A program made the translations under genes and the position numbers. A DNA stretch of 62,197 nt, filler included, from a bacterium (GTDB lineage Bacteria > UBA9089 > CG2-30-40-21 > SBAY01): assembly GCA_040757115.1 (NCBI GenBank). It is 7 parts of 7 records of this genome, joined end to end, with 100 filler letters (N's around TTAATTAATTAA, not from the genome) between each part and the next. Parts side by side here need not be neighbours in the genome. Positions count along the whole stretch, not along the records: positions 18,102 to 26,987 come from JBFLYA010000154.1; positions 27,088 to 35,900 come from JBFLYA010000155.1; 5 more parts are not named here. One strand, written 5' to 3'. The notes below the pieces were generated by a model that worked only from the letters and a program-made list of their open reading frames with translations, searched no databases and was not told the DNA's origin. Of the stretch, positions 21,452 to 32,557 are shown in pieces. The stretch's first letter is position 1. Every line of letters starts with the position of its first letter.

Positions 21452-21905
21452 CGAATGGATTAAATAATCAGGGCACTCCTACGGAGTTAGAAAACATTTT
21501 TTGTGATTCAGTTCTACAAACAGTTAGAGCTCCTACGGAGCTAAAAGAGATGTCCTATAAAAAGACAAAATTCAGCATGGTAGAGGTAATCTGTTTGTAG
21601 AGAGAGATTTCACGAAGTTCAGAGGTTTAAAAAATTGCCCTCCACCCCTCTTTAAAATGGACAAAAATTGAGAAAAAGGAACCAATTGAGATTTGTAAGT
21701 TTTTTAAAATTAAGGACTTGTGTAACAGGAGGGCAATAAGAAAAGAGGTGTGTTTGTAAGTTTATTTAAATCAAGGTGTTATGAATTTCGTGAAAGGCAT
21801 GTTGGAGATAGAAGATAGGAGGTAAGGAAATAGGCGTGAGGAGTGATGTTTTCCTTACTATCTACCTTCTACTCTCTACTTCCTATTTTCAGGGGAACAT
21901 CAAAA

Positions 21906-22979
21906 ATGTCCCAAAAGCAAATTTCTATCAGTTATATAAATAAAATACTTACCTTTGCTGTAATATCTCTTCTTATACTCATAACTATTAGTCTCTTACC
22001 TTCAGGAGTTAGGCATATTCAGACATTATCGCTCATTCATCAAGGTGATAGATATATGGGAGGAGGTATGTATGAAAAAGCTATTAATGCCTACCAAAAA
22101 GCAGAAAAGATAAATCCTGACTCTTCCCTCATCCACTACAAAATAGCCTCTGCTTATGCTAAAGCAAGGATGTATATAGAATCTATAAAGGAATTTAATC
22201 AAGGTATAAATCTTAATCCGAAGGACAAAAGGATAAAAAATGGATTAAATGTAGTTCTAAAAGAGAAAGATATGTTAACTGATAGATATTACAGTCAGGC
22301 ACGTAACTCTTTTAATTTGAATAAATTGACAGAGGCAAAAAGAATCTTAGAAGATGGTTTAAAGGTAGTAGGAGAAGATAATAAATTATGTGAATTATTA
22401 AAATCAATTGAAAAAAAATTACTTCAAGAATCTGTAGTAGTGCAATATCCAGCACCATTATTAGCAAAAGCAGAATCAACAATTTCCAAAGATGAAACCT
22501 TACCTGTTGAAAAAAGAATAGAGGATAGAGTTGTAAAACAACCGACTAAACCTCAAGTTACAAAAGAAGAAAAGGCAGAAAAGAAATTCACAGCAGGAGA
22601 TGGAGTAACAGTAATTAGTAATCCAGTGACTGCCAACATACCTTCAGATGTAATAGTAGCAATATATGATAAGCACGGAAGCATATATACAGGTGCATAT
22701 TGGGTAGAATATGACCAGATAAATAGAACCAAAAAATTAGAATTAAAATATACCCCAATTACTATCCATTTTAAATCAACGGACCCTTTAGCCACTTTAC
22801 CTGCTGATTATACATTTAACCCACCTGAATCCTGTATTCATACATTTGAGAATTTAATTCTTAGAACCCCGGGTAAGCATCTGGTAACAGCAATAGCCAC
22901 TCAAGAGGGAAAGAGTTGGGCAGTTGGTTTTGATGAAGTTCTGGTATATCCAGCAGGTAAGATAGAAGGAGTAAAATGA
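21906..22979 (+). CDS. membrane-anchored TPR protein
   Basis: N-terminal TM segment; YEKAINAYQKAEKINPD TPR repeats; upstream GTG start lies in a repeat. Confidence 0.8.
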   Translation: MSQKQISISYINKILTFAVISLLILITISLLPSGVRHIQTLSLIHQGDRYMGGGMYEKAINAYQKAEKINPDSSLIHYKIASAYAKARMYIESIKEFNQGINLNPKDKRIKNGLNVVLKEKDMLTDRYYSQARNSFNLNKLTEAKRILEDGLKVVGEDNKLCELLKSIEKKLLQESVVVQYPAPLLAKAESTISKDETLPVEKRIEDRVVKQPTKPQVTKEEKAEKKFTAGDGVTVISNPVTANIPSDVIVAIYDKHGSIYTGAYWVEYDQINRTKKLELKYTPITIHFKSTDPLATLPADYTFNPPESCIHTFENLILRTPGKHLVTAIATQEGKSWAVGFDEVLVYPAGKIEGVK

Positions 22980-23911
22980 AGGATATATTTATAAAATTAG
23001 GGATAATTTCTTTAATAATACTTATTGGTTGTGGAAAGAATCCTGCGGTAGTAAATTTAAGAATAATAAATGCACAAAAGATAACTGAAAAAGGAGGAAT
23101 ATCTCCTATCTGGTCACCTGATAGTAAAAAAATAGCATTTATCTCTCCTGCTGGAAATATTTGGATTACATCCCTTGAAAGTGGAGAAATGCAACAAATA
23201 ACAGATGAAGTAGTAGGTGCTGGATATGAATATATATCCTGGTCGCCTGATGGGAAAAAATTTGCTTTTAACAATGAAAACGATATGGGAATAATGAATA
23301 TTGATGGGACAGATAGAGTAATTGTAGTCGGGCACTCGGCTGCTTCTCAACCACAATGGTTGCCAAAAGCAAAGAGGATTGTTTTTATGTTAGCCAGTAC
23401 TTATGCGATGATAAATATTGATGGAACAGAATGTAAATATATAGGTGGAACTTTAGGATTAGCTTATCTTGGATACTGTTCTGGATTCCCACCTAAATGG
23501 GCATTTTCTTTATTATCTAATGGAACTCAAATGCTTATAAATACCACAGAGTTAAGTCGGGGAAAGGACCAAAAAGTGAAATTTTTCCCCGCCGGTATTG
23601 GAATAGTGGAAGTTAAATGTGAATCCGCCGACAATCTTAATGTTCGAATGTTACAGAAATTAAAGGGAGTGGTATCAGGTGCTTCCTGTTCGCCTGATGG
23701 TAAGTTTATTGCCTTTTCACATTTAGGGTATATCTGGATAATGAACGCTGATGGAACAGGTTTGACTCAATTAACTTCGTCTGAATTAGGTAATGTTAAA
23801 GCAGGACCTGTTTTTTCACCCGATGGTAAAAAGTTAGCTATAGTCTTAAGTAAAATTGGAGATTCTTACGATAATATCTGGATATTAACTTTGGGTAGGG
23901 AGAAAGATTAG
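22976..23911 (+). CDS. TolB-like/PD40 lipoprotein
   Basis: LIGC lipobox; WSPDG repeats. Confidence 0.85.
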   Translation: MKDIFIKLGIISLIILIGCGKNPAVVNLRIINAQKITEKGGISPIWSPDSKKIAFISPAGNIWITSLESGEMQQITDEVVGAGYEYISWSPDGKKFAFNNENDMGIMNIDGTDRVIVVGHSAASQPQWLPKAKRIVFMLASTYAMINIDGTECKYIGGTLGLAYLGYCSGFPPKWAFSLLSNGTQMLINTTELSRGKDQKVKFFPAGIGIVEVKCESADNLNVRMLQKLKGVVSGASCSPDGKFIAFSHLGYIWIMNADGTGLTQLTSSELGNVKAGPVFSPDGKKLAIVLSKIGDSYDNIWILTLGREKD

Positions 23912-23913
23912 AG

Positions 23914-24921
23914 ATGTTTTGGAACAGAATTCTTATTATTTATTTACTATTTATAATTGGCTGTTCAAATACTAATTTACAGGTTAAAGATATAATCTGG
24001 ATTGGGCATTCTGATGAGTCAAATTATAGTTGGTCTAATGATGGACAATGGGTAGCTTTTGGATGTCAAGGAAACCTCTGGATTGCAAATATTGAAGGGA
24101 GAAAGTTTCGCTTAACATTTAATAATGGAAAGGATCCATCCTGGTCTCCTGATAACAATAAAATACTTTATATTTTTGCTGGAAATCTTTGGGTGAACGA
24201 TATAAATTCCTTTAAGGATATTCAATTGACTACTGATGGAAAATCTTCTGAGGTCAGGTGGTCACCAGATGGTAGAGCGATTGTATTTGTAAAAGAGGGA
24301 AATATTTGGGTGATGAATAGTGATGGTTCAGGGCAGAGACAATTGACCACAGGTAACGACTGTAATCACCCTCTATTTTCTCCTATGGGAGACAAAATTG
24401 CTTTCTCTTCTTCAAGAAGTGGTGGCATGGAAGCAGATATTTGGTTAATACACCCAGACGGAACACCACTGCGTAAACTATCAAAGGGTGGTAAAAATAT
24501 GGTTTGGTCTCCTGATGGCTCAAAAATTATATGTAGTGGTCCCTGGACAGATGGTAGATATTATGGCCATGCATTTTATATCATCGATGTTACTACTCAG
24601 AAAGTTAAATCTATAAAGATTTTGGAAACTACTCCTCCATTATTTTATATACCATTACTCTTTTCCTCTATCATCATTGGTGATATTAATTATACCAATT
24701 ATTCTCTCTCATGGTCTCCGAATGGTTCAAGGATTGTCTTTGATAATGAGATTAGAAGAAAAACTAATATCTATGCAATAAGTAGTAGTGGAAGAGATTT
24801 ATGTCAGTTAACCTCAACAGGAGATGCAACCAGGCCAGTTTGGTCTCCGGACGGTAATAAGATTATGTTTAAATCAGGAGATAACATTGGGATATTAGTT
24901 CTTAGCGAGCAGGATAAGTAG
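23914..24921 (+). CDS. TolB-like/PD40 lipoprotein
   Basis: IIGC lipobox; about seven [WF]SPxG repeats. Confidence 0.85.
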   Translation: MFWNRILIIYLLFIIGCSNTNLQVKDIIWIGHSDESNYSWSNDGQWVAFGCQGNLWIANIEGRKFRLTFNNGKDPSWSPDNNKILYIFAGNLWVNDINSFKDIQLTTDGKSSEVRWSPDGRAIVFVKEGNIWVMNSDGSGQRQLTTGNDCNHPLFSPMGDKIAFSSSRSGGMEADIWLIHPDGTPLRKLSKGGKNMVWSPDGSKIICSGPWTDGRYYGHAFYIIDVTTQKVKSIKILETTPPLFYIPLLFSSIIIGDINYTNYSLSWSPNGSRIVFDNEIRRKTNIYAISSSGRDLCQLTSTGDATRPVWSPDGNKIMFKSGDNIGILVLSEQDK

Positions 24922-25073
24922 GAGCAAACTGCCTATTCATCTTAACCCAAATTTTAAGTTATTCTACTTGTTAGGGAAAAAATCAGAGTCAAACCTGAAT
25001 GGCACTGTTTTATTTAATTTTTTCTTAAGTCAGTGCCATTCAGGTCTGACCCCAATCTCCCATTCAGATTTTC

Positions 25074-25312
25074 GTAAGCGTTCAGGTGGTGTAACAAAAG
25101 GAGATGTGGAGATTAAGGAGATAGGGAGATATTATTATAAAAAAATTGAAATTAATAGAAACTAATAGAAATTTATGGAAATTTGTTGTTTTCCACAATC
25201 AATTTCTACCTATTTCTATAAATTTCAATCTATTTCTATTATCTTATCTCCATATCACTCTTATCTCCTTATCCCCTTTCTTACACTTTTGATATATAGC
25301 CTGAACGGTTAC
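25074..25312. mobile_element. complete ~240-bp MITE (partial copies 9085-9291, 26846-26987, 53317-53442, 53543-53665)
   Basis: TIR GTAAGCGTTCAGG/CCTGAACGGTTAC; long imperfect internal hairpin; copies sit at contig breaks. Confidence 0.85.
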
Positions 25313-25551
25313 GATTTTTTAGCTTTTTTTTCAAAAATTCACGAAACTCCAGTTTACTGGAGAACTTGCATCTTGCGTATTTAAAAGTAAGTTCTCCAAT
25401 TGGAACATGAGACTCTCAGAGTGTGAGTAAAAGAGAAACTTCTCTAAAAAAATACAATTAGTGATGGGTGTGTTTTGCTCGATATTGGTCAATGGCAAAC
25501 CAGACTCCGATGATTAATACGATTAATAGTACCGCAAATACTCCTGTCATT

Positions 25552-25815
25552 TTATTCTTTCCTTTCATCTTTGGGACAAACTAAAATTCCCAGAATAACT
25601 GTTAGCCCAATTCCACATAATAGTAATATTCTCAACCAAATAGCAAATTTAAAAAAGAATTCACTGGCAAAAGCCGCTGCAATAACAATCTTATTAATAT
25701 CCATTAATGTTCTGGCTAATAGTTCTCTTCTTTTATCAGTAAAGACACTTATTCCTCTCGCCGTAGTAATTTTAATTTTATCATACTTTTTTATTTTGTC
25801 AACAAACTTTTGCAC
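25552..25815 (-). CDS. small membrane protein
   Basis: Two hydrophobic segments; start uncertain. Confidence 0.5.
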   Translation of the reverse strand: MQKFVDKIKKYDKIKITTARGISVFTDKRRELLARTLMDINKIVIAAAFASEFFFKFAIWLRILLLCGIGLTVILGILVCPKDERKE

Positions 25816-26171
25816 GAAAATATTTATACTCGATATTCAAGTTTTTTTAAGATTAAGTGGTTTATCCTTTTTTAACCGCAAAGAACGCAAAGAAATTAAC
25901 CGCAAAGAACGCAAAGATTATAGTGCTCTGTTAAGATTGAATTTGCATGTTAGTTAGGTGATCGGTAATCAGTAATCGGAGATAACAGGCCATTGTTTTC
26001 TCTTCACCGATAACCTGATAACCGATAACTTTCTAAACATAGCAAAGCAAACTTAACAAAGCAATAGGTTGTTCACCACCTTATTTTCCTTCCTTTGCGT
26101 CCTTTGCGAAATCTTCCTTTGCGCTCTTTGCGGTTAAATCTTTATACCTTTAAAAAACTTGAACATCAAGT

Positions 26172-26522
26172 GATAGGATTATTAATGCCTGTATTAATGT
26201 CCATAAAAAGTTAGGACATGGTTTTCTGGAGAGCATCTATCACAATACCTTGAAGGTTGAGTTTGCAAGACAGAACATCATCTTTGAATCAGAAAAAGAA
26301 GTCAAGATATTCTATCAAGGTGTTGAGGCTGGGATTTATAGACTTGATCTTTTTGTTGAAGATGAGATTGTGGTAGAGATTAAAACTGTTGAGGAGATAA
26401 GTGGGAAGTATTATAATCAGGTTAGATCATACCTTAGAGCAGTAGATAAAGAAATAGGGTTACTGGTAAATTTTGCAGACTCCAGGATTGATGTCCGAAG
26501 AGTGGAGCAAGAAAAAGTTTGA
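26172..26522 (+). pseudogene. GxxExxY protein (PD-(D/E)XK-like), 5'-truncated
   Basis: DRIINACINVHKKLGHGFLESIY..RLDLFVED..VEIK..Q..SYL..GLLVNF; start lost next to the element at ~25828-26171; followed by CCTGAACGGTTAC at 26598-26610. Confidence 0.85.
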
Positions 26523-27403
26523 GCCATTTCTCCAATTCTCCCTTTTCCCCATTTCTCCTTGTTTACACTTCTAATATATAGCCCTGTAATGTATAGCCCT
26601 GAACGGTTACGCAAATTTGCCAAAGTTCAGTAAAATTATCTCTTTCCTTTCAGCGTTAAAATACTTGAAGTCCTTTTTGAAATTTGATTTGTAATTTTGC
26701 ATTTTGATATTTGATATTTGATTTAATTTCAGGTCTAACTCTCAGAATATTTTTTACCCATAAATTTTACACGCCCCCTTTCAGAATTAATCCTTGACAA
26801 AAGCTTGATTTTATGGTATCCTAACATTAAGGGATATAATAATTTGTAAGCGTTCAGGTAGTGTAACAAAAGGAGATGTGGAGATTAAGGAGATAGGGAG
26901 ATATTATTAAAAAAATTGAAATTAATAGAAACTAATAGAAATTTATGGAAATTTGTTGTTTTCCACAATCAATTTCTACCTATTTCTNNNNNNNNNNNNN
27001 NNNNNNNNNNNNNNNNNNNNNNNNNNNNNNNTTAATTAATTAANNNNNNNNNNNNNNNNNNNNNNNNNNNNNNNNNNNNNNNNNNNNATTTTGATATTTA
27101 TATTTGATATTTAATATTTGATATTTGATATTTATTTGTTGTCTCCCTCAAATCCTATTTTGCAGAACCCTATACACTATTTTAACCTTTATGCTAGATT
27201 AAGACACCACCAAAGTCTGATGATTTTTTTTGCAACTTATCCTTTGAAGTTGAGTTGATAAAAAATGCTTTACCTATTTTCTTCCCTTTGTGTCCTTTGC
27301 GATTTATCCTTTTTTAATCGCAAAGAACGCAAAAGAAATCCACCGCAAAGAACGCAAAGATTAAAGACAAAAGGAATCATAAAAAATTCACGAAACACCA
27401 GGT

Positions 27404-27510
27404 CGTCTTATTTTTGTTACCTCTAGGAGAAATATTACTCCTTGAGCAACTCCTCTTGACATAACATGATAAACTGCATCTTCTTATTGTACTCTCCATT
27501 ATCTGACCAT
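27404..27510 (-). pseudogene. REP-associated tyrosine transposase (RAYT) 5' remnant
   Basis: MVR*WRVQ*EDAVYHVMSRGVAQGVIF. Confidence 0.65.
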
Positions 27511-27550
27511 AACATATAATCAAAGTTTGACCCCAATCCCCTCTGAAATA

Positions 27551-28273
27551 TTAGAGTTGTGAGAAGTCAATTTCTGCTTTATATTCAGGAATGGTATGGA
27601 CACCAATTATCATCAGCCAATTTTCACCCTGATATAACCGCGTTAAACCTAAACTAAAGAATATATTGGCATATCCTTTCTTTAAAAAATCCTCAAGACT
27701 AAGAGAATGTGAGGACTTTTTAAGATATTGTAAAACATATCTACCAAAGGCACGCAGTTTAATATCCGGGCACGGCTTTTCTTTCCACCTCTCTTTCCCT
27801 AATGTAAAATTTATCCGAACAGCAATATCATCACCTTTTTTATTTGGTTTAAAATGAATTAAAAAGTCATCTGGCTTGATCAATCCTAAGGAACATTCTT
27901 TAGCCTGAAGTCTATTTAAATCCTCTTGATGAGAATGGGTATTAAGGAAATCAATCTTTTCTTTATCGTTAAGTTGTCTAACTAATCTGGGTTTAAATCG
28001 CCTATCAATAATCCAATCCTCAATATGAGGCGGGGAAGGGTTTGGTTCTTTAAGAAAAACTTCAGATACAGCCAATAATTTTATCCGTGGCTCTCCTTGA
28101 ATAATAAAATCTGTCAATTGGACACAATGTTCCATCGGGTCACTAATGTCTAATCGAACAGGCCGAATCCATTTGCCGGTGTTAGACTCTATTCCTGCAG
28201 TACAAATTCCATTAGCCATTTTGGTCATAGCTAAGATAACTAATTCTTTAGATATAGTTTCTTTTGACATCAT
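27551..28273 (-). CDS. dual-OB-fold domain protein
   Basis: LAMTKMANGICTAGI..WIRPV, PPHIEDW, SLGLIKP, SLGLTR..WLMIIGV. Confidence 0.7.
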   Translation of the reverse strand: MMSKETISKELVILAMTKMANGICTAGIESNTGKWIRPVRLDISDPMEHCVQLTDFIIQGEPRIKLLAVSEVFLKEPNPSPPHIEDWIIDRRFKPRLVRQLNDKEKIDFLNTHSHQEDLNRLQAKECSLGLIKPDDFLIHFKPNKKGDDIAVRINFTLGKERWKEKPCPDIKLRAFGRYVLQYLKKSSHSLSLEDFLKKGYANIFFSLGLTRLYQGENWLMIIGVHTIPEYKAEIDFSQL

Positions 28274-28322
28274 ATTTTATAGTAGTTAGTAGTCAGTAGT
28301 TAGCAATATTCTCTCTACTTTC

Positions 28323-28766
28323 TTACAGGTGATAAACTTCAATATCTGGTAAATTTTTAGCCCAAAATTCTGCTATTAATCGACGATGACATTTATCCAC
28401 AGTCGGCTCGGTGCAAAGCAGGCAAATAGTCTGGTTTTTCATCAGTTCTTTCCCTAATTTTAGAATACTAACTTTATTTTTCTCAAGTGATTTCAGGAAA
28501 TCATTCTCATATCTATTCCAATTATTGTCCTTTTTATATTGGTTAAGTATATCTTCAATGGGAGCAAGTTGTAGTTCATGGCGATAGTTAATACCAAAGC
28601 CGGCATTAAGTAAAAACTCCAAATCCTTCCCTTTGGAATAACCTGCTAATTGGGAAGTATTATTTAATCGAATATCCACTACTAAGGTTATTCTTGCCTT
28701 CTGCAGCAATTTTATAAATGTCTCTAAACTCTTCCTGGTAAATCCAATGGTGTATATTTTATGCAT
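28323..28766 (-). CDS. DUF488 family protein
   Basis: IYTIGFTRKS, VDIRLNNTSQLAG, LLCTE..CHRRL. Confidence 0.9.
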   Translation of the reverse strand: MHKIYTIGFTRKSLETFIKLLQKARITLVVDIRLNNTSQLAGYSKGKDLEFLLNAGFGINYRHELQLAPIEDILNQYKKDNNWNRYENDFLKSLEKNKVSILKLGKELMKNQTICLLCTEPTVDKCHRRLIAEFWAKNLPDIEVYHL

Positions 28767-28781
28767 TTTCATCTCCAAACT

Positions 28782-29047
28782 GTAACCGTTCAGGTGATAA
28801 TTCACCGCAGAGACGCAAGAGTTCGCAGAGAAGACATAGAAATAAATTAGATAACATAAAAGATTATTGATGCAGACATGGAAATACTTATGACCTGCTT
28901 GCCCAATGTTCAGCAGGCAAACCAGATTTGTTAATCAATTTTAATGTTATTGTACTCAAGAGCTTGCCCTGATGAAAATCAGGGATGTTAAGCGTCTCGT
29001 CAATAGATTTTAATTTTTTTCTCTGTGTCTCTGCGGTGAACAGTTAC
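28782..29047. mobile_element. IS66-like-end MITE with GxxExxY remnant
   Basis: GTAACCGTTCA/TGAACAGTTAC; perfect 8-bp TSD TCCAAACT; remnants EIN*IT*KII and LLINFNVIVLK..KRLVNRF*. Confidence 0.88.
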
Positions 29048-29061
29048 TCCAAACTAAACAC

Positions 29062-29574
29062 TTACTCAAAAAGCGATAATTGTTGCACTTCATTTTTAAA
29101 CTCTTCTAATTTTGGGTAGTCCAGGGTCCCATCCGCCAGGATATGAATTACATCTATCTCTTTTTCTAATAAAGATTTTGTAATCAGGAGATGGCGATGG
29201 CATTGTCTTGGGTCTGCTTCAGCACACATAATAGCGGCTCTTTTACCCACCGTTTCCTCAACTAAAAATTGTAAGGTGTTAAGATATTCTTCACTTTGAG
29301 CATATTTTTTATAATCTGTTTTCCCAGTGGCAGTGATATATTCTGAATTAGAAGGATACCCCCCCAATCCTTTCCCTAAGTATAGGTATTCCATATTATT
29401 TTTCTCAATGATTGGTGCTAATTCATTTTTATTAAACCAGGTGGCATATTTACAATAAGGGGAGGTTCGGACATCAACCAATATTTGAATTTGATGGAGT
29501 TGTAATAATTTAATAAAGTTTTCTAATGAATGATTACTATGTCCGATTGAAAAAATCATTAAATGAAACCTCAT
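29062..29574 (-). CDS. DUF488 family protein
   Basis: FSIGHSNHS, LVDVRTSP, LGG, MCAEADPRQCHRHLL. Confidence 0.9.
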   Translation of the reverse strand: MRFHLMIFSIGHSNHSLENFIKLLQLHQIQILVDVRTSPYCKYATWFNKNELAPIIEKNNMEYLYLGKGLGGYPSNSEYITATGKTDYKKYAQSEEYLNTLQFLVEETVGKRAAIMCAEADPRQCHRHLLITKSLLEKEIDVIHILADGTLDYPKLEEFKNEVQQLSLFE

Positions 29575-29580
29575 TTAAAT

Positions 29581-29835
29581 CTGGTGTTTCGTGAATTTTT
29601 TATGATTCCTTTTGCCTTTAATCTTTGTGTTCTTTGCGATTAAAAAAGGATAAATCGCAAAGGACACAAAGGGAAGAAAATAGGTAAAGCATTTTTTATC
29701 AACTCAACTTCAAAGGATAAGTTGCAAAAAAATCATCAGACTTTTGAGCCTAATTTTGCCATCTTTGAGCAAAATAAACAGATTGATAAGGATAAAGAGA
29801 AGTTTAGAAATAGCATAAAATTTACGAAAATCCAG
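29581..29835. mobile_element. MITE with CTGG..TTCG(T)AA ends; inverted partial copy at 27212-27401
   Basis: CTGGTGTTTCGTGAA / TTTACGAAAATCCAG; about 165 bp shared in inverted orientation. Confidence 0.7.
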
Positions 29836-30274
29836 TTAATATAAAGATATCATAAAAAAATTTATATGTCAAGAAAAAAAACTTTAGGTATCTGTAATTC
29901 AGACACTGGACATCAGACATAAGACTATAGACTCTATTTATGGAGGAAATTAGTGACATTTGGGAAACCATCCTCAAAACTTCACTCCCTGAATTTTTCC
30001 TAAGCCTTACCTATGTCAGTGACAGTGTCAGTGTCAGTGAAGAAACTTCTTCAACTCATCCAACACTTTCAACTCTTTCTACTCTTTCAACTCTTCCAGC
30101 AGAAGAAGTATAGGCAGGTCTCCTAATCCTTCATTCTTCTGCAATTTCTGCCTGCTTTAGTCTGAGGTCTGATGTCTATAGTCTATTGTCTGAATCACAG
30201 GATTGATAGGGGTGCAGGTAATAAATATGGGTAACTTTTTTTACCACAAAGGCATAAAGACACAAAGTTTTTCG

Positions 30275-30528
30275 GTAGCCGTTCACCGCAGGGATACAGA
30301 GACGCAGAGAAAAAATTAAAAACTATTTACCAGACGCAGAATTCCATCACGGATTTTCATCAGTGCAAGCTTTTGAGGACCGACATATCATGATTGATTA
30401 ACAAATTTGGTTTTGATGTCCTATGTATTACAAAGATTACCTCAATAATCTTTTCTGTTATCTGATTTATTTCCATGTTTTCTCTGTTCCTCTGCGTCTC
30501 TGCGGTAAATTACCACCTGAACGGTTAC
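30275..30528. mobile_element. inverted relative of the 28782 MITE
   Basis: GTAGCCGTTCA/CCTGAACGGTTAC; TSD GTTTTTCG/GTTTTTTG. Confidence 0.75.
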
Positions 30529-30903
30529 GTTTTTTGGTAATTGTTCAAAGACGAAGATTAGAACTTAACTCCTTTGCGATTTGTGTTCCTTTGCATCCTG
30601 ACGAGAGGTCTTTTTATGAGGACTATAACGAAGTATAACTTCAATAAAGGCAATTCTGATTTTATCTAAGAGTGTTGTAGATAAGGGAGAGGAACAACAA
30701 GAAGGATGTAATTCTTTTTATAAAAAGTAAAGTAAAATATTAAAAGGTAAAACAAATATAAAAATATACAACACGCAAATTTTCGACCTGTGCAGGTAGA
30801 AAATTAAGGAAGATGTTCTGGGGCTTGTACTTGTTTAGCGTGTTCTGAATGACGCTAATTTAAGGCGTAACTCTTTGGTAAATAATAGCATACCGATGTA
30901 AAA

Positions 30904-31423
30904 TATAGCACTTATTAATTGGAATTTGACGTAACCGTTCAGGTCTTGAGTTACTAATATTGATTGAGATTTCGGAACACTTACAAAATATTGAATGTAG
31001 AATGTAGAATATCGAATGTAGAATGTTCAAAGTATAAAAACGGCCAAACAGAAAAATCCAGAAACTTCATCATTCTACATTCAGTATTCTACATTCGATA
31101 TTCAATATTATTTCTGTTACCTGAACAATTACAGAAAAAGAATTATATGCCATCAAAACATGAAGGTTGAAACCTTGTTTTTAATTTGATTTTCTTAGTG
31201 TCTTTGTGGCTGAACGGTTACAATTTGACATAGATATGACTATGAAATTCCAAATCACAAATTCCAAATTCCAAATAAATTCAAATAACCAAAATTCAAA
31301 ACATTACTCCCATAGTTTGTATTTAGGACTTGAAATTTGGTGTTTATTTGAAATTTGGTGCTTGGGATTTGGGATTTTTTTACTTATCCACTCTGAGTAA
31401 AGTTTTGACTAATAACTGCTATA
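30904..31423. mobile_element. TATAGCA-ended MITE containing a nested IS66-like-end MITE (30931-31221)
   Basis: Outer TIR TATAGCA(C/G)TTATTA; inner GTAACCGTTCAG/CTGAACGGTTAC with perfect TSD AATTTGAC. Confidence 0.8.
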
Positions 31424-32073
31424 TTCCATGAAGAGCTTAATGCAAATATCAAAATGTCCAAAGCAAAATGACAAAGTAAAATGCAAAAGTACTTGTAAGT
31501 CAATAAATTACACACGAAGTCGATATTTTTGATATTTGATATGTCATTTTGCATTTTAATATTTAATTTTTGATTTTGTATTACAAAACTTATTGGATTT
31601 CAAATAGTTTTGTAATAACTCAATACTTTTTCTTCATATTCTCTGACCACGCTAAACAGGTACGGGGCAGCGTCCCCAAAATATTATCTCTTTATTTCTC
31701 ATTGCACAGGTGGAAAAAAAATTTTTATGATTTAATGTTTATAAGTTATTGATAATAATAATGTTATTAGTTTTAAATTCTAACCTATTTTTGATCTCTT
31801 CAAAAATTTCTCTTGACAAAATTGCAATAATGTGGTATATATTAATCAAATGAAGTAAAAAAAGGCTAAAATTGGTTAATTTTACTCAAGAAAAATAAGT
31901 CTCCCTTTAAATAAAAGATATTATTTATCCAGAGTGAAGTAAGACAGCAGAACCTACCAACATTCCCAGTTGTTTTACTTCGGAGAGATAGGTAGTTACA
32001 ATAAAACTAATGAAGAAAGATTTTTTAGATAACAAAAAAGTGGAGGTATTGATAATTTAAAGGAGAAGCGGTC

Positions 32074-32289
32074 ATGACGAGTAGACCTACTATTATGACA
32101 TTAAAAGAGGTAGCTGATTATCTGCGTCTTCATGAATCAAGTATTTATCGACTATCAAAGGCGGGTAAAATACCTGCTTATAAAGTAGGGAGAGGCTGGA
32201 GATTTAAAAAAGATAAAATTGATGAATGGTTACATCAATCAGTTATAATCAATAAAAATAAACCCTTTGGTGAGGGAAAAAAAAGATAA
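32074..32289 (+). CDS. excisionase-like helix-turn-helix protein (HTH_17)
   Basis: MTLKEVADYL..IYRL..GKIPAYKVGRGWRF. Confidence 0.9.
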   Translation: MTSRPTIMTLKEVADYLRLHESSIYRLSKAGKIPAYKVGRGWRFKKDKIDEWLHQSVIINKNKPFGEGKKR

Positions 32290-32310
32290 CGCTCACTAAA
32301 GGGTTTTTTG
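32260..32310 (+). terminator. intrinsic terminator-like hairpin
   Basis: AAACCCTTTGGTGAG...CTCACTAAAGGGTTT followed by a T-run. Confidence 0.5.
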
Positions 32311-32557
32311 TTTATAAAACAGGAAGGAAAGGGAGAAAACCTTAAAGGTTAAGAAATTGTGACTTTTTTTTAAAGTTTTTGGTAACTCCCTTTAGTTTAT
32401 AACTTATTTATATAGAGGACGGAAATCAGAAACCAGAAGTCTGCCCTGGCTTCTGACCTCTGCCTGATTAATCATAATTTATGAGGCAAGGAAGTATAGT
32501 TACTATATAATGTGTATCTTCGTATCTGGGTGGTAAGTATTTTCAAAGGGGAAAAAG

